Positions 41,727-50,875 of a DNA stretch of 64,000 nucleotides are shown one piece after another. The notes below the pieces were generated by a model. The model was not told the DNA's origin, made no database searches, and saw only the letters and a program-made list of their open reading frames with translations. The position numbers and the translations under genes are program-made. How positions within the stretch are numbered: the first letter of the stretch is position 1; every line of letters starts with the position of its first letter. The stretch is from contig CAVVLJ010000017.1 of the NCBI GenBank assembly GCA_963749075.1, forward strand, positions 672,001-736,000, given 5' to 3'. This DNA comes from an uncultured Pseudomonadota bacterium. GTDB lineage: Bacteria; Pseudomonadota; Alphaproteobacteria; JACZXZ01.

Positions 41727-43229
41727 TCACTTGCCCTCGTAATGGTCGGCGACGAAGCGCTCGAGCAGGCGGACGCCGAAGGCGGTCCCTCCCTTGGGTA
41801 CCGTGGGCTTGTCCTTGGACGACCAGGCGACGCCCGCGATGTCGAGGTGCGCCCAGGCCATGTCGTCCTTCACGAAACGCTTGATGAACTGGGCCGCGGT
41901 GATGCTGCCGCCGGCCCGGTCGCCGACGTTCTTCATGTCGGCGGCGTCGGATTTGATCGCCTTGTCGTACTCCTCGCCCAAGGGCATGCGCCAGAGCGGC
42001 TCGCCCACCGCCTTCCCCGCCTTGACCAGGCGGTCGGCGAGCTCGTTGTTGTTGGCGAAGAGGCCGGCGTACTCATGGCCGAGCGCTATGATGATGGCGC
42101 CCGTGAGCGTCGCGAGATCGACCATGAGGCGCGGCTTGAAGCGCTCCTGCGTGTACCACAGGGCGTCCGCCAGCACGAGCCGGCCCTCGGCGTCGGTGTT
42201 GATGACCTCGACGGTCTGGCCCGACATCGTGGTCACGATGTCGCCCGGGCGCTGCGCCGTGCCCGAGGGCATGTTCTCGACGAGGCCGCCGATGCCGACG
42301 ACGTTCACCCTGGCCTTGCGTCCGGCGAGCGCCTTCATGAGCCCGATCACCACGCCGGCGCCGCCCATGTCCCACTTCATGTCCTCCATGTTGGCGGCGG
42401 GCTTGAGGGAGATGCCGCCGGTGTCGAAGGTGACGCCTTTGCCGATGAAGGCGAGCGGGCTCTGGTCGCGCGCGCGCGGCGCACCGTTCCACCGCATGAT
42501 CAGGAGACGCGGCGGCCTGGCGCTGCCCTGGGCCACGCCGAGGAGCGCTCCCATGCCGAGCTTGGCCATCGCCTTCTCGTCGAGCACCTCGACCTTGACG
42601 CCGAGCTCGCCCAGGCTCTGCCCGGCCGCGGCAAGGCTCTCGGGATAGATGACGTTGGCGGGCTCGGAGACGAGATCGCGCGTGAAGAACACGCCGTCGG
42701 CAATGCGCGCGAGCGGCTCGAAGGCCCTGCGCGCCCGGCCGGCCTTGGCGACGGCCACGGTCAGCGTCTTGAGGCTCGGCTTGTCCTCCGGCTTCTCCTT
42801 GGTGCGGTATTTGTCGAAGCGGTAGGAGCGCAGCCGCGCGCCGAAGGCGAGGTTCGCGGCGACGAGCTCGGGCGGCAGCCGCACGCCGGGGACCTTGTCG
42901 ACGAGGACCGCGGCGGCGCTCTCGCCGCTCTCCGCGAGATGCGCCTCGATGCGGCCGCCCAACGCCTGCGCCTCGGCGGCGTCGAGCGCCTTGGCGGCAC
43001 CGAGCCCCGCCAACACGATGCGGGAGAGCGCGGTGCCCGCCGGCGCCACCAGCTCGGCGAGCTGACCCTTCTTGCCCTTGAACTTGCCGCTCGCGAGCGC
43101 GCGCGTGACGGCACCGCCGGTGAGCCCGTCGAGCTCGGCCGCACTCGGCGCGAGCTTGCCGCCCTCCAGCACTCCGACCACGACAGCGCCCTTCCCGGGC
43201 CGCTTCAACTCGCCGAACTCGATGTCCAT
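41727..43229 (-). CDS. pepA: Leucyl aminopeptidase
   Basis: GKGVTFDTGGISLK, MKWDMGGA, NTDAEGRLVLAD, DLATLTGA, HLDIAG. Confidence 0.96.
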   Translation of the reverse strand: MDIEFGELKRPGKGAVVVGVLEGGKLAPSAAELDGLTGGAVTRALASGKFKGKKGQLAELVAPAGTALSRIVLAGLGAAKALDAAEAQALGGRIEAHLAESGESAAAVLVDKVPGVRLPPELVAANLAFGARLRSYRFDKYRTKEKPEDKPSLKTLTVAVAKAGRARRAFEPLARIADGVFFTRDLVSEPANVIYPESLAAAGQSLGELGVKVEVLDEKAMAKLGMGALLGVAQGSARPPRLLIMRWNGAPRARDQSPLAFIGKGVTFDTGGISLKPAANMEDMKWDMGGAGVVIGLMKALAGRKARVNVVGIGGLVENMPSGTAQRPGDIVTTMSGQTVEVINTDAEGRLVLADALWYTQERFKPRLMVDLATLTGAIIIALGHEYAGLFANNNELADRLVKAGKAVGEPLWRMPLGEEYDKAIKSDAADMKNVGDRAGGSITAAQFIKRFVKDDMAWAHLDIAGVAWSSKDKPTVPKGGTAFGVRLLERFVADHYEGK

Positions 43230-43276
43230 GAAGGCCTCGCAAATGGCAAGCCGCGACGCCATGGCGCGGCCAGCAC

Positions 43277-43879
43277 CTATTGCTTGGTGCCGAACAGCGT
43301 CTTGACGGGAACCGAGAAGGTGAGCCCGACGAGCTCGGTGCCCGGATTGACCCTCTCGCCGAGCACCTTGCCGTTGGACATGTGATGGAAGGCGACGCCG
43401 ACGCGCACGTCGTCGTCGAAGCGGTACTGGAAGTCGAAGCCGGAGCGGCCCAGGATCGGGCTGCCGAGCCACTTGCCGTCGCCGCGGTCGTAAGCCACCA
43501 GGGCGAAGCTCGGCGTCACGATGAAGTGGCGGCCCCAGTAGGTGTCGAGGCGGATGCCCGCATAGCCGTAGTAGCTCTCGTTCGTGGTCACGCCGGCGCC
43601 GACGAAGGGCTTGAACTTCCAAAGGAAATAGCCGGAACGGTATTCCGCCCCGAACTCGTCCGACTGCTTCACCTGGCGCACCGCATCGAAGCGCCCGCCC
43701 TCGAGGGAGACGAAGTCGGACTCGTCCTCGCTGGGGGTCGGGACGAAGAAGGATTCGATGAGGAGTGCGCCGCTGGCGATGGCGATCGCGTTCACCACGT
43801 CGTCGGCGCGCGCGCGCCCGGCACCGGCAACGAGAATGGCGGCGATGCCCGACAGCGCGACGAGACGGTTGAGGATCAA
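43277..43879 (-). CDS. PagL-like lipid A 3-O-deacylase (acyloxyacyl hydrolase family) outer-membrane protein
   Basis: Signal peptide, amphipathic beta strands, C-terminal H.SNG...NPG.E catalytic pattern; TTG start inferred. Confidence 0.75.
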   Translation of the reverse strand: MILNRLVALSGIAAILVAGAGRARADDVVNAIAIASGALLIESFFVPTPSEDESDFVSLEGGRFDAVRQVKQSDEFGAEYRSGYFLWKFKPFVGAGVTTNESYYGYAGIRLDTYWGRHFIVTPSFALVAYDRGDGKWLGSPILGRSGFDFQYRFDDDVRVGVAFHHMSNGKVLGERVNPGTELVGLTFSVPVKTLFGTKQ

Positions 43880-44001
43880 ATGGCGCTCCCATTTTTGTGC
43901 CGGCTCTCGCCGCGGCCCATCATATCCAAGATTGGCGCATGGGCAATGCTTTTGAAATCCTTGCATTTCCTTGGCACTTGAGCGCGCCTCCCGGGCTTGC
44001 T

Positions 44002-44778
44002 ATGAGGCATCCCGTGCCTGCCATTTCCGCAACCCCGAGGGCGTGCGAGTTGTCCCCATCCCGTGCCCGCGCCGCGCCGAGGCCGGCTCTTCTGCTGCTT
44101 CTTCTCCTCGTGGTCGGCGCGGGTGCGGTACTGACGGTCTTCGGCGGGATCGACAAGGGAGTGGCGGCACTCTTCTACGTGCCGGGGCGCGGCTTTCCCG
44201 CCTGGCACGACCCGCTCATCGCGGCCTTGCGCCTCTCGACGCGGGCGAGCGCCATCGGCGTCGGCGCCTTTCTTCTCTTCGCACTCCTCTGGCGCGTCAT
44301 CCTCAGGCGGCCGCTCTTCGGCCTCGGCCGCTCCGCTGTCATCTATCTCCTCGCCGTCTTTCTCCTCGGGCCGGCGCTCATCGTCAACGGCGTGCTCAAG
44401 GAGGACTGGGGCCGCGCGCGCCCGGCGCAAGTCCGCGAGTTCGGCGGCGACAAGCGCTTCACCCCGCCGCTCCTCATCGCCGACCAGTGCACGCACAACT
44501 GCTCCTTCGTCTCCGGCGAGGCCTCGCTCGGCTTCGCGTTCGTGGCCTTCGGCTTCGCCGCCGTGACGCCGTGGCGCCGGCGCCTCGGCATCGCGGCGGG
44601 CCTGGCCCTCGGCAGCGCCTTCGGGCTCCTGCGCATGGCGCAAGGCGGGCATTTCCTCTCCGACGTCTATTTCGCGGGCGTCTTCATGGTGGCGCTCGCC
44701 TGGCTCCTCCATCGCTTGCTGATCAAACGCCGCTGGCTCGAGCGCCTGGCGCTGTGGCCGCCCGAGGGGGGCGGCTGA
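44002..44778 (+). CDS. PAP2 phosphatase, LpxF-like (lipid A 4'-phosphatase)
   Basis: K..WGRARP, C..NCSFVSGE (E in place of H in motif 2), R...GGHFLSD. Confidence 0.75.
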   Translation: MRHPVPAISATPRACELSPSRARAAPRPALLLLLLLVVGAGAVLTVFGGIDKGVAALFYVPGRGFPAWHDPLIAALRLSTRASAIGVGAFLLFALLWRVILRRPLFGLGRSAVIYLLAVFLLGPALIVNGVLKEDWGRARPAQVREFGGDKRFTPPLLIADQCTHNCSFVSGEASLGFAFVAFGFAAVTPWRRRLGIAAGLALGSAFGLLRMAQGGHFLSDVYFAGVFMVALAWLLHRLLIKRRWLERLALWPPEGGG

Positions 44779-44783
44779 CGGCG

Positions 44784-46421
44784 ATGCGCGTCAAGGATTA
44801 CGCGCTTCTCGCCCTCTTGTGCCTCGCCATCTTCCTGCCGGGCCTCGCAAGCGTGCCGCCGCTCGACCGCGACGAGCCGCGCTTCGCCGAGGCCTCGCGC
44901 CAGATGCTGGAGAGCGGCGATTTCGTCAACATCCGCTTCCAGGACGAGCCGCGCCTCAAGAAGCCCGTCGGCATCTATTGGCTCCAGGCCGCAAGTGCGG
45001 CGCTCTTCTCGCGGGCGGGCGCCACGGCGATCTGGCCCTACCGCCTGCCCTCGACGCTCGGCGCCGTCATCGCCGTGCTCCTGACCGCGGCGCTGGGCGC
45101 CCGCCTCTTCGGCCGCAGCGCCGGCTGGTTGGCCGCCCTCCTGATGGCGACGAGCATCCTCCTCGGCGTCGAGGCGCGGCTTGCCAAGACCGACGCCGTG
45201 CAGCTCGCCGCCATTTGCGCGGCGCAGCTCCTCCTCGCGAGAGCCTACCTCGAGCGCGACCGTAGCACTCCCGCACGCCCCGGCAGCGCTGCGCTCTTCT
45301 GGCTCGCCATCGGCATCGGCATCCTGATCAAGGGCCCGATCATCCTCATGGTCTCGGGCCTCACCGCCGCGGCGCTCGCCATCTCCGCGCGCCGCTGGCG
45401 CTGGCTCCTGGCACTCAAGCCATGGCCTTATGCGGCGCTCGCCGTGCTCACGGTGCTGCCCTGGGGCCTTGCCATCGTCGTGCAGAGCAAGGGCGCCTTC
45501 CTCGCCGAGTCGGTCGGCCACGATCTCATCGGCAAGATGGCGGGCGCCCAGGAGGCCCATGGCGCGCCGCCTGGCTTCTTCCTCGTCACCTTCTGGGCGA
45601 CCTTCTGGCCCGGCTCGCTCTTGGCCGGGCTTGCCATCCCGTGGGTCTGGCGCCATCGCCGCGACGACGCCGTGCGTTTCTGCCTCGCTTGGATCGTGCC
45701 GAGCTGGCTCGTCTTCGAGCTGGTGCCGACCAAGCTGCCGCACTATACGCTGCCGCTCTTCCCGGCGATCGCACTTCTCGCGGCGCGCGCGGCGCTCGAG
45801 CCCTTCCCGCGCCCGGCGACGCGCGGCGGGCGCCTGCTGCAGGGTGCCCTGGCCGCGGCCTGGCTCCTCATCGGCCTCACGCTTTGCCTGGCGCTGCCGA
45901 TCCTGCCGGCAGTGCTCGAGCACCGCATCGACGGCGTGGCGCTCGTCGCGGGCGTGGCGGCGCTGCTCCTGCTGCTCGCCGCCTATCACGGCCTCAGCAC
46001 GGGGCGCAGCAGCCGGGCGCTCGCCAGCCTGATCGCCGCCTGCCTCGTCTTCTACGCCGCGTGCTACGCTCGGGTCATGCCGAGCCTCGACGAGCTTTGG
46101 GTGAGCAGCCGCGTCGCCGCGGCCGTCGAGCACGGCAAGCGCTGTCCGCGCGCCTTTGTGACCTCCGCCGGCTTCAGCGAGCCCAGCCTCGTCTTTCTTC
46201 TCGGCCAGGACACCCGCTTCGGCGACGGCACGGCCGCGGCAGAGGCGCTTCTCGCCGACCCTTGCGCGCTGGCGCTCGTCGCCGAGCCTCAGCTCAAGGC
46301 CTTCCGCGAGCGCCTGGCGCGCGCCCAAAAAAGCGCTGCGGCGCTGGCCACGATCGACGGCCTCAACCTTGCGCGCGGACGGCGCGTCGCCTTGACGCTC
46401 TTTGCCGCGGGCGGCTCATGA
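44784..46421 (+). CDS. ArnT/GT83-like (Rgt-like) polyprenyl-sugar glycosyltransferase
   Basis: DRDEPRF, KKP...YW, RLPS, KTD, KGP, TKLPHY; many TM helices. Confidence 0.88.
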   Translation: MRVKDYALLALLCLAIFLPGLASVPPLDRDEPRFAEASRQMLESGDFVNIRFQDEPRLKKPVGIYWLQAASAALFSRAGATAIWPYRLPSTLGAVIAVLLTAALGARLFGRSAGWLAALLMATSILLGVEARLAKTDAVQLAAICAAQLLLARAYLERDRSTPARPGSAALFWLAIGIGILIKGPIILMVSGLTAAALAISARRWRWLLALKPWPYAALAVLTVLPWGLAIVVQSKGAFLAESVGHDLIGKMAGAQEAHGAPPGFFLVTFWATFWPGSLLAGLAIPWVWRHRRDDAVRFCLAWIVPSWLVFELVPTKLPHYTLPLFPAIALLAARAALEPFPRPATRGGRLLQGALAAAWLLIGLTLCLALPILPAVLEHRIDGVALVAGVAALLLLLAAYHGLSTGRSSRALASLIAACLVFYAACYARVMPSLDELWVSSRVAAAVEHGKRCPRAFVTSAGFSEPSLVFLLGQDTRFGDGTAAAEALLADPCALALVAEPQLKAFRERLARAQKSAAALATIDGLNLARGRRVALTLFAAGGS

Positions 46422-47119
46422 GGAGCTCGGACCCGGCCTCCGAGCGCGCCAAGTGGCTCGGCGCGAGCGTCCTCGCGGCCCTCCTCGCCGCCCTCTCGAT
46501 CGCCTGCCTCGACCGCGCGAGCGCCGCCTGGGCACACGGCCTCGGCCCGGGCTTCGTGGCGCTCTGCGAGGCCTTCACGGCACTCGGCGATTCCGCGTGG
46601 TACCTCGTTCCCCTCGCCGTCGCCGTCCCGGCGCTTTATCTCGCAAGCCGCCGCAGCGGCGATCGCGAGCGCGCCGCGCGTCTCGGCTGGTTCCTCTCTG
46701 CGGCACTCTTTCTTTTCGCCGCCATTGCGCTCTCGGGCCTCGCAACCGACCTTCTCAAGGTGCTCTTCGGCCGCGCGCGTCCAGTGCTCTTCTTGCGCGA
46801 GGGGGATTTCGGCTGGCATCCCTTAGGCCTGACGGCCAAGCTGCAATCCTTCCCCTCGGGTCACGCCACGACCGTCACGGCCGCGGCATTGGCGCTCGGC
46901 ATGCTGGCGCCGCGCTTAGCTAAGCCCCTCGCCGTCGTGGCGCTGCTCGTGGCGCTTACGCGCGTCGCCGTCGGCGACCACTACCCGAGCGATCTCGTCG
47001 CGGGTGCCGCCGTCGCGTTTGCCACCACGCTGCCGCTGCGCGCCGCCTTCGCCCGCCGCGGCCGCCTCTTCCGCAAGACCGCCCAGGGAAAGTTCGTATC
47101 AGAAAGATCGGCCGATTGA
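46418..47119 (+). CDS. PAP2 phosphatase, LpxE-like (lipid A 1-phosphatase)
   Basis: KVLFGRARP, SFPSGH, RV..GDHYPSD; ATGA coupling to the ArnT-like gene. Confidence 0.78.
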   Translation: MRSSDPASERAKWLGASVLAALLAALSIACLDRASAAWAHGLGPGFVALCEAFTALGDSAWYLVPLAVAVPALYLASRRSGDRERAARLGWFLSAALFLFAAIALSGLATDLLKVLFGRARPVLFLREGDFGWHPLGLTAKLQSFPSGHATTVTAAALALGMLAPRLAKPLAVVALLVALTRVAVGDHYPSDLVAGAAVAFATTLPLRAAFARRGRLFRKTAQGKFVSERSAD

Positions 47120-47304
47120 CGGAGCGGAGCACGACCGCCCATGATACGGCGTGGCGCTCTCGCGCCGGTGACGCCGTCCGGCCGTAAGCTTCTGGGAGCA
47201 GCGCGCCATTGTCTCTGGAATTTAGGCACGAAACGGAAACTCGCCCTATCCACGGAGCCGGCGGAGACGCTATAAGACCGGCGTCGAGGCGCTTGGAGCG
47301 TGAC

Positions 47305-47412
47305 ATGGCGGGCGTCGTGCGGGCGGCGGCGGCAATCTCTGCCGGGGGCGGCCGCCGCGCGCGCCGCCTGCGGCGGCGGGCCGCGCCGCGCGCCGCCCTC
47401 GGGACGCGCTGA
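47305..47412 (+). pseudogene. Possible lptF remnant (35 codons)
   Basis: GGAG SD then MAGVVR...Arg-rich tail, ending 20 nt before lptG at the position where lptF normally lies. Confidence 0.35.
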
Positions 47413-47432
47413 GCACGGAGGCCTCGCCCGCG

Positions 47433-48527
47433 ATGCGCACCTCGCCCACGCTCTTCGTCTACATCGGCCGCCAGTTCCTCATGTGCCTGGTGAGCATTCT
47501 GCTGGCGTTCCTCAGCGTCGCCTTCCTCTTCGACGTCGTCGAGATGCTGCGCCGCTCGCAGTCGCGCGGGGACATCTCCTTCTCGATCGTGCTCAGCATG
47601 TCCGTGTTCAAGCTGCCGCATCTCTGCGAGCAGGTCATTCCCTTTGCGGTCCTCTTCGGCGGCATGCTGACCTTCTGGCGGCTCACGCGCAGCCAGGAGC
47701 TCGTGGTGGTGCGCGCGATCGGCGTCTCGGTGTGGCAATTTACCGCACCCGCGGTCTTCCTCGCCTTCCTCATCGGCGTGGCCAAGATCACCGTGCTCAA
47801 TCCCGTGGCGGCCGCGATGCTGTTCCATTTCGAGGAGCTCGAGAACAAGTACTTGAAAGGCATGACGAGCCTGCTTGCGGTCTCGGAGACCGGGCTCTGG
47901 CTGCGCCAGGTCGACCGCGACGGCGAATTGGTGGTCCACGCGCTTCAGGTCACGCCCAAGGACTTCGAGCTGATCAACGTGATCATCTTCCTTTTCAAGG
48001 GAACCGATCATTTCAGCGGGCGCATCGACGCCGAGACGGCGAGGCTCGAGAACGGCTATTGGGACATCCACAAGGCGTGGATCACCACGCCCGGGCGGCC
48101 GGCACAGTACGCCGCGGACTACCACCTCAAGACCAACCTCACGCTCGCGCAGATCCAGGACAGCTTCGCCTCGCCGGAATCGATCTCGTTCTGGGAGCTG
48201 CCGAGCTTCATCGAGCTCTTGCAGCACGCCGGCTTCTCGGCGCTGCGCCATCGGCTCTATTGGAACTCGCTGCTCTCCGACCCGCTCCTGCTCTGCGCCA
48301 TGGTGCTGATCGCCGCGACCTTCTCGCTGCGCCATCAGCGGCGCGGCGGCACCGTGCTGATCATCGCCATCGGCGTGTTCACGGGTTTCCTCGTCTACTT
48401 CATCTCCGACGTGGTCTTCGCGCTCGGCCTCACCTCGTCGATCCCGATCTTTCTCGCGGCCTGGAGCCCGGCGGGGGCGAGCCTCCTCTTCGGGCTCGCC
48501 ATGCTCTTCCATCTCGAGGACGGATAG
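47433..48527 (+). CDS. lptG: LPS export ABC transporter permease LptG
   Basis: DVVEMLRR, KLP...EQ..PF..LFG, SQELVVVRA.G.SVWQF, GLWLRQ, terminal HLEDG. Confidence 0.88.
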   Translation: MRTSPTLFVYIGRQFLMCLVSILLAFLSVAFLFDVVEMLRRSQSRGDISFSIVLSMSVFKLPHLCEQVIPFAVLFGGMLTFWRLTRSQELVVVRAIGVSVWQFTAPAVFLAFLIGVAKITVLNPVAAAMLFHFEELENKYLKGMTSLLAVSETGLWLRQVDRDGELVVHALQVTPKDFELINVIIFLFKGTDHFSGRIDAETARLENGYWDIHKAWITTPGRPAQYAADYHLKTNLTLAQIQDSFASPESISFWELPSFIELLQHAGFSALRHRLYWNSLLSDPLLLCAMVLIAATFSLRHQRRGGTVLIIAIGVFTGFLVYFISDVVFALGLTSSIPIFLAAWSPAGASLLFGLAMLFHLEDG

Positions 48528-48534
48528 GCGGCCC

Positions 48535-50718
48535 GTGCGCTGGCTCCCGCTTACCGCACTCCTGCCGCTCCTCCTCTTGCTGAAGCCTGCGGAGGCCGCC
48601 GAGCAGAGACCCGCCGGCACGGCGCCGGCCCTCTTGTCGGCCGACCGCGTGAGCTACGACGACCAGCTCGGCATCATCACCGCCACCGGCCACGTCGAGA
48701 TCTCGCAAAGCGACCGCGTGCTGCTCGCGGACACCGTGACTTACAACCAGCGCACCGACGTGGTGACCGCATCGGGCAACGTCAGCCTCCTCGAGCCGAA
48801 CGGCGACGTGATGTTCGCCAATTATTTCGAGCTCACCGAGGGATTGAAGTCGGGCGTCGCGCAGAATTTCCGCCTTCTGATGAAGGACAAGTCGCGCTTC
48901 GCGTCGGCCGGCGCGCGGCGCGAGGGCGGCGTTCTCACGGAAATGGCCAACGGCGTGTTCTCGCCGTGCGAGCTCTGCAAGAACGACCCGGAGCGGCCGC
49001 CGCTCTGGCAGATCAAGGCCGCGCGCATCGTGCACGACGAGAACGAGCACGAGATCTACGACGAGGACGCCGTCATGGAGATGTGGGGCATCCCCGTCGC
49101 CTATACGCCGTACTTCTCCTACCCGGATCCCACGGTGAAGCGGCGCTCGGGCTTCCTCCCCGCCACTTACGGCGAGAATACCTACCTCGGCTATCTCGCC
49201 AAGGTTCCTTATTTCTGGGCGATCGACCCGGACAAGGATCTCACCTTTTCGCCGGTCTTCATGACCAAATCGAACCCCGTGCTGGACCTCCAGTACCGCG
49301 AGCGCTGGGGCTTCGGCAGGATCGATCTCTCGGGCAGCATCGTCGACGCCACCGCCTTCAACGAGGCCGGACTGCCGAAGTCGGGCGATCAGCTGCGCGG
49401 CAACTTCAAGGGCACCGGGCTCTTCAATATCGACGACGACTGGCGGGCCGGCTTCACGGCGGAACGCGAGTCGGACATCACCTATCTGCAGCGCTTCAAG
49501 ATCCTCTACACCCCGCCTACCGTGCTCACCTCGAACGCCTACGTGGAGGGCTACTTCGGACGGAGCTACACCGCGCTCAACAACTACGCGTTCCAGGACA
49601 CCCGCGCCCAGGTGAACCTCAACGACCTGCCCATCGTAGCGCCCATCTACCAGGTCAACTACCGCAGCGAGCCCGGCGATTTCGGCCAGTACTGGTCGGT
49701 CGACGCCGATGCGATGGACCTCTTCCGCCCGAGCGGCGTCTATACGCGCCGCGTCTCGCAGCGCACCTATTGGCAGGCGCCCTATACCTCGCCGATCGGC
49801 GACATCTATTCGCTCGACGTGAGCCTGCAGACCGACGGCTACTTGACGAACAGCAACCTCGATCCCGCGACGCCGGTGGCGCTCCCCGGGGAGAAGACCG
49901 TGGCCCGCGTGCTTCCCCAGGTCAAGCTGGATTGGCGCTACCCCTGGGCGCGGCCCGACGGCAACCTCCAGGAGAGGATCGAGCCCCACGTCGCACTCAT
50001 CGCAGGCACGCAAGGGCGCAACAGCGGCGTCCCCGACGAGGACAGCACCGACTTCGAGTTCGACGAGCAGAATCTCTACAAGCTCAATCCCTTCCCCGGC
50101 GTCGACCGCGTGGCCGGCGGCGAGCGCGTCGTCTACGGCGTGAGCGCGGGCGCCTACGGCAACAAGGGCGGCAGCGCCTCGCTCTTCCTCGGGCAGATGT
50201 ACCAGCTCAAGAAGGAGACGGGCGCCTTCACGCCGGACACCGGGCTCGATCAAAAGCTCTCCGACGTGGTCGGCGCCTTGCAGATCAAGCCCATGACCTT
50301 CATGGACTTCGTCTACCGCTTCCGCCTCTCGCGGGACGACCTCACGCCGCAGCGCACCGAGGTGACGCTGAACGGCGGCACCGGCATCCTCGGGGCCGGC
50401 TTTACCTACATGGACCTCTCCCAGGAGGTCCCCGGACAGGGCATCACCAAGGTCACCCAGCTCGGCCCCAATATCCACTCGCACTTCCTCGACCACTGGA
50501 GCATATCGGCCAACCTCCTGCGCGACCTGCGCGACAATCAGTTCCGCAATTACGGCGGCGCCCTCTCCTATACGGACGAGTGCCTCACCGTCACCTTCTC
50601 GCTCGTGCGCAGCTTCACCTATACCGCCGACGTGCCGCCGAGCGATACCTACCTCGTCACCTTCATCTTCAAGGACCTCGGCAACATAAGCTTCGGCGGC
50701 TCGAGCACGAACCAATGA
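48535..50718 (+). CDS. lptD: LPS-assembly protein LptD
   Basis: OstA-like N-terminus, FSPC..C...PLWQIKA, PDPTVKRRSGFL, YTDEC. Confidence 0.93.
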   Translation: MRWLPLTALLPLLLLLKPAEAAEQRPAGTAPALLSADRVSYDDQLGIITATGHVEISQSDRVLLADTVTYNQRTDVVTASGNVSLLEPNGDVMFANYFELTEGLKSGVAQNFRLLMKDKSRFASAGARREGGVLTEMANGVFSPCELCKNDPERPPLWQIKAARIVHDENEHEIYDEDAVMEMWGIPVAYTPYFSYPDPTVKRRSGFLPATYGENTYLGYLAKVPYFWAIDPDKDLTFSPVFMTKSNPVLDLQYRERWGFGRIDLSGSIVDATAFNEAGLPKSGDQLRGNFKGTGLFNIDDDWRAGFTAERESDITYLQRFKILYTPPTVLTSNAYVEGYFGRSYTALNNYAFQDTRAQVNLNDLPIVAPIYQVNYRSEPGDFGQYWSVDADAMDLFRPSGVYTRRVSQRTYWQAPYTSPIGDIYSLDVSLQTDGYLTNSNLDPATPVALPGEKTVARVLPQVKLDWRYPWARPDGNLQERIEPHVALIAGTQGRNSGVPDEDSTDFEFDEQNLYKLNPFPGVDRVAGGERVVYGVSAGAYGNKGGSASLFLGQMYQLKKETGAFTPDTGLDQKLSDVVGALQIKPMTFMDFVYRFRLSRDDLTPQRTEVTLNGGTGILGAGFTYMDLSQEVPGQGITKVTQLGPNIHSHFLDHWSISANLLRDLRDNQFRNYGGALSYTDECLTVTFSLVRSFTYTADVPPSDTYLVTFIFKDLGNISFGGSSTNQ

Positions 50719-50875
50719 GGGGCCGTGCCAGGCGCGTCGGACGCGGCAAAGGCCGGGCCCCGCTCGCCCTCGCTCCGGCCGCCTTGCCGCGCGCCGGGCG
50801 TTTGCACTTGCTTCCGGGGTCGGCTATAACGGCTTCCTGTGCGCCGCGATGCGCCCTTTTCCGAAATGGCCGGAT

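Noticed and set aside
41727-43892. Long N-terminal extensions on PepA, and likewise PurM, PdxA, the ArnT-like and LpxE-like ORFs
   Set aside because: The extensions are Arg/Pro/Gly-rich off-frame translations of neighbouring genes; the conserved starts lie downstream
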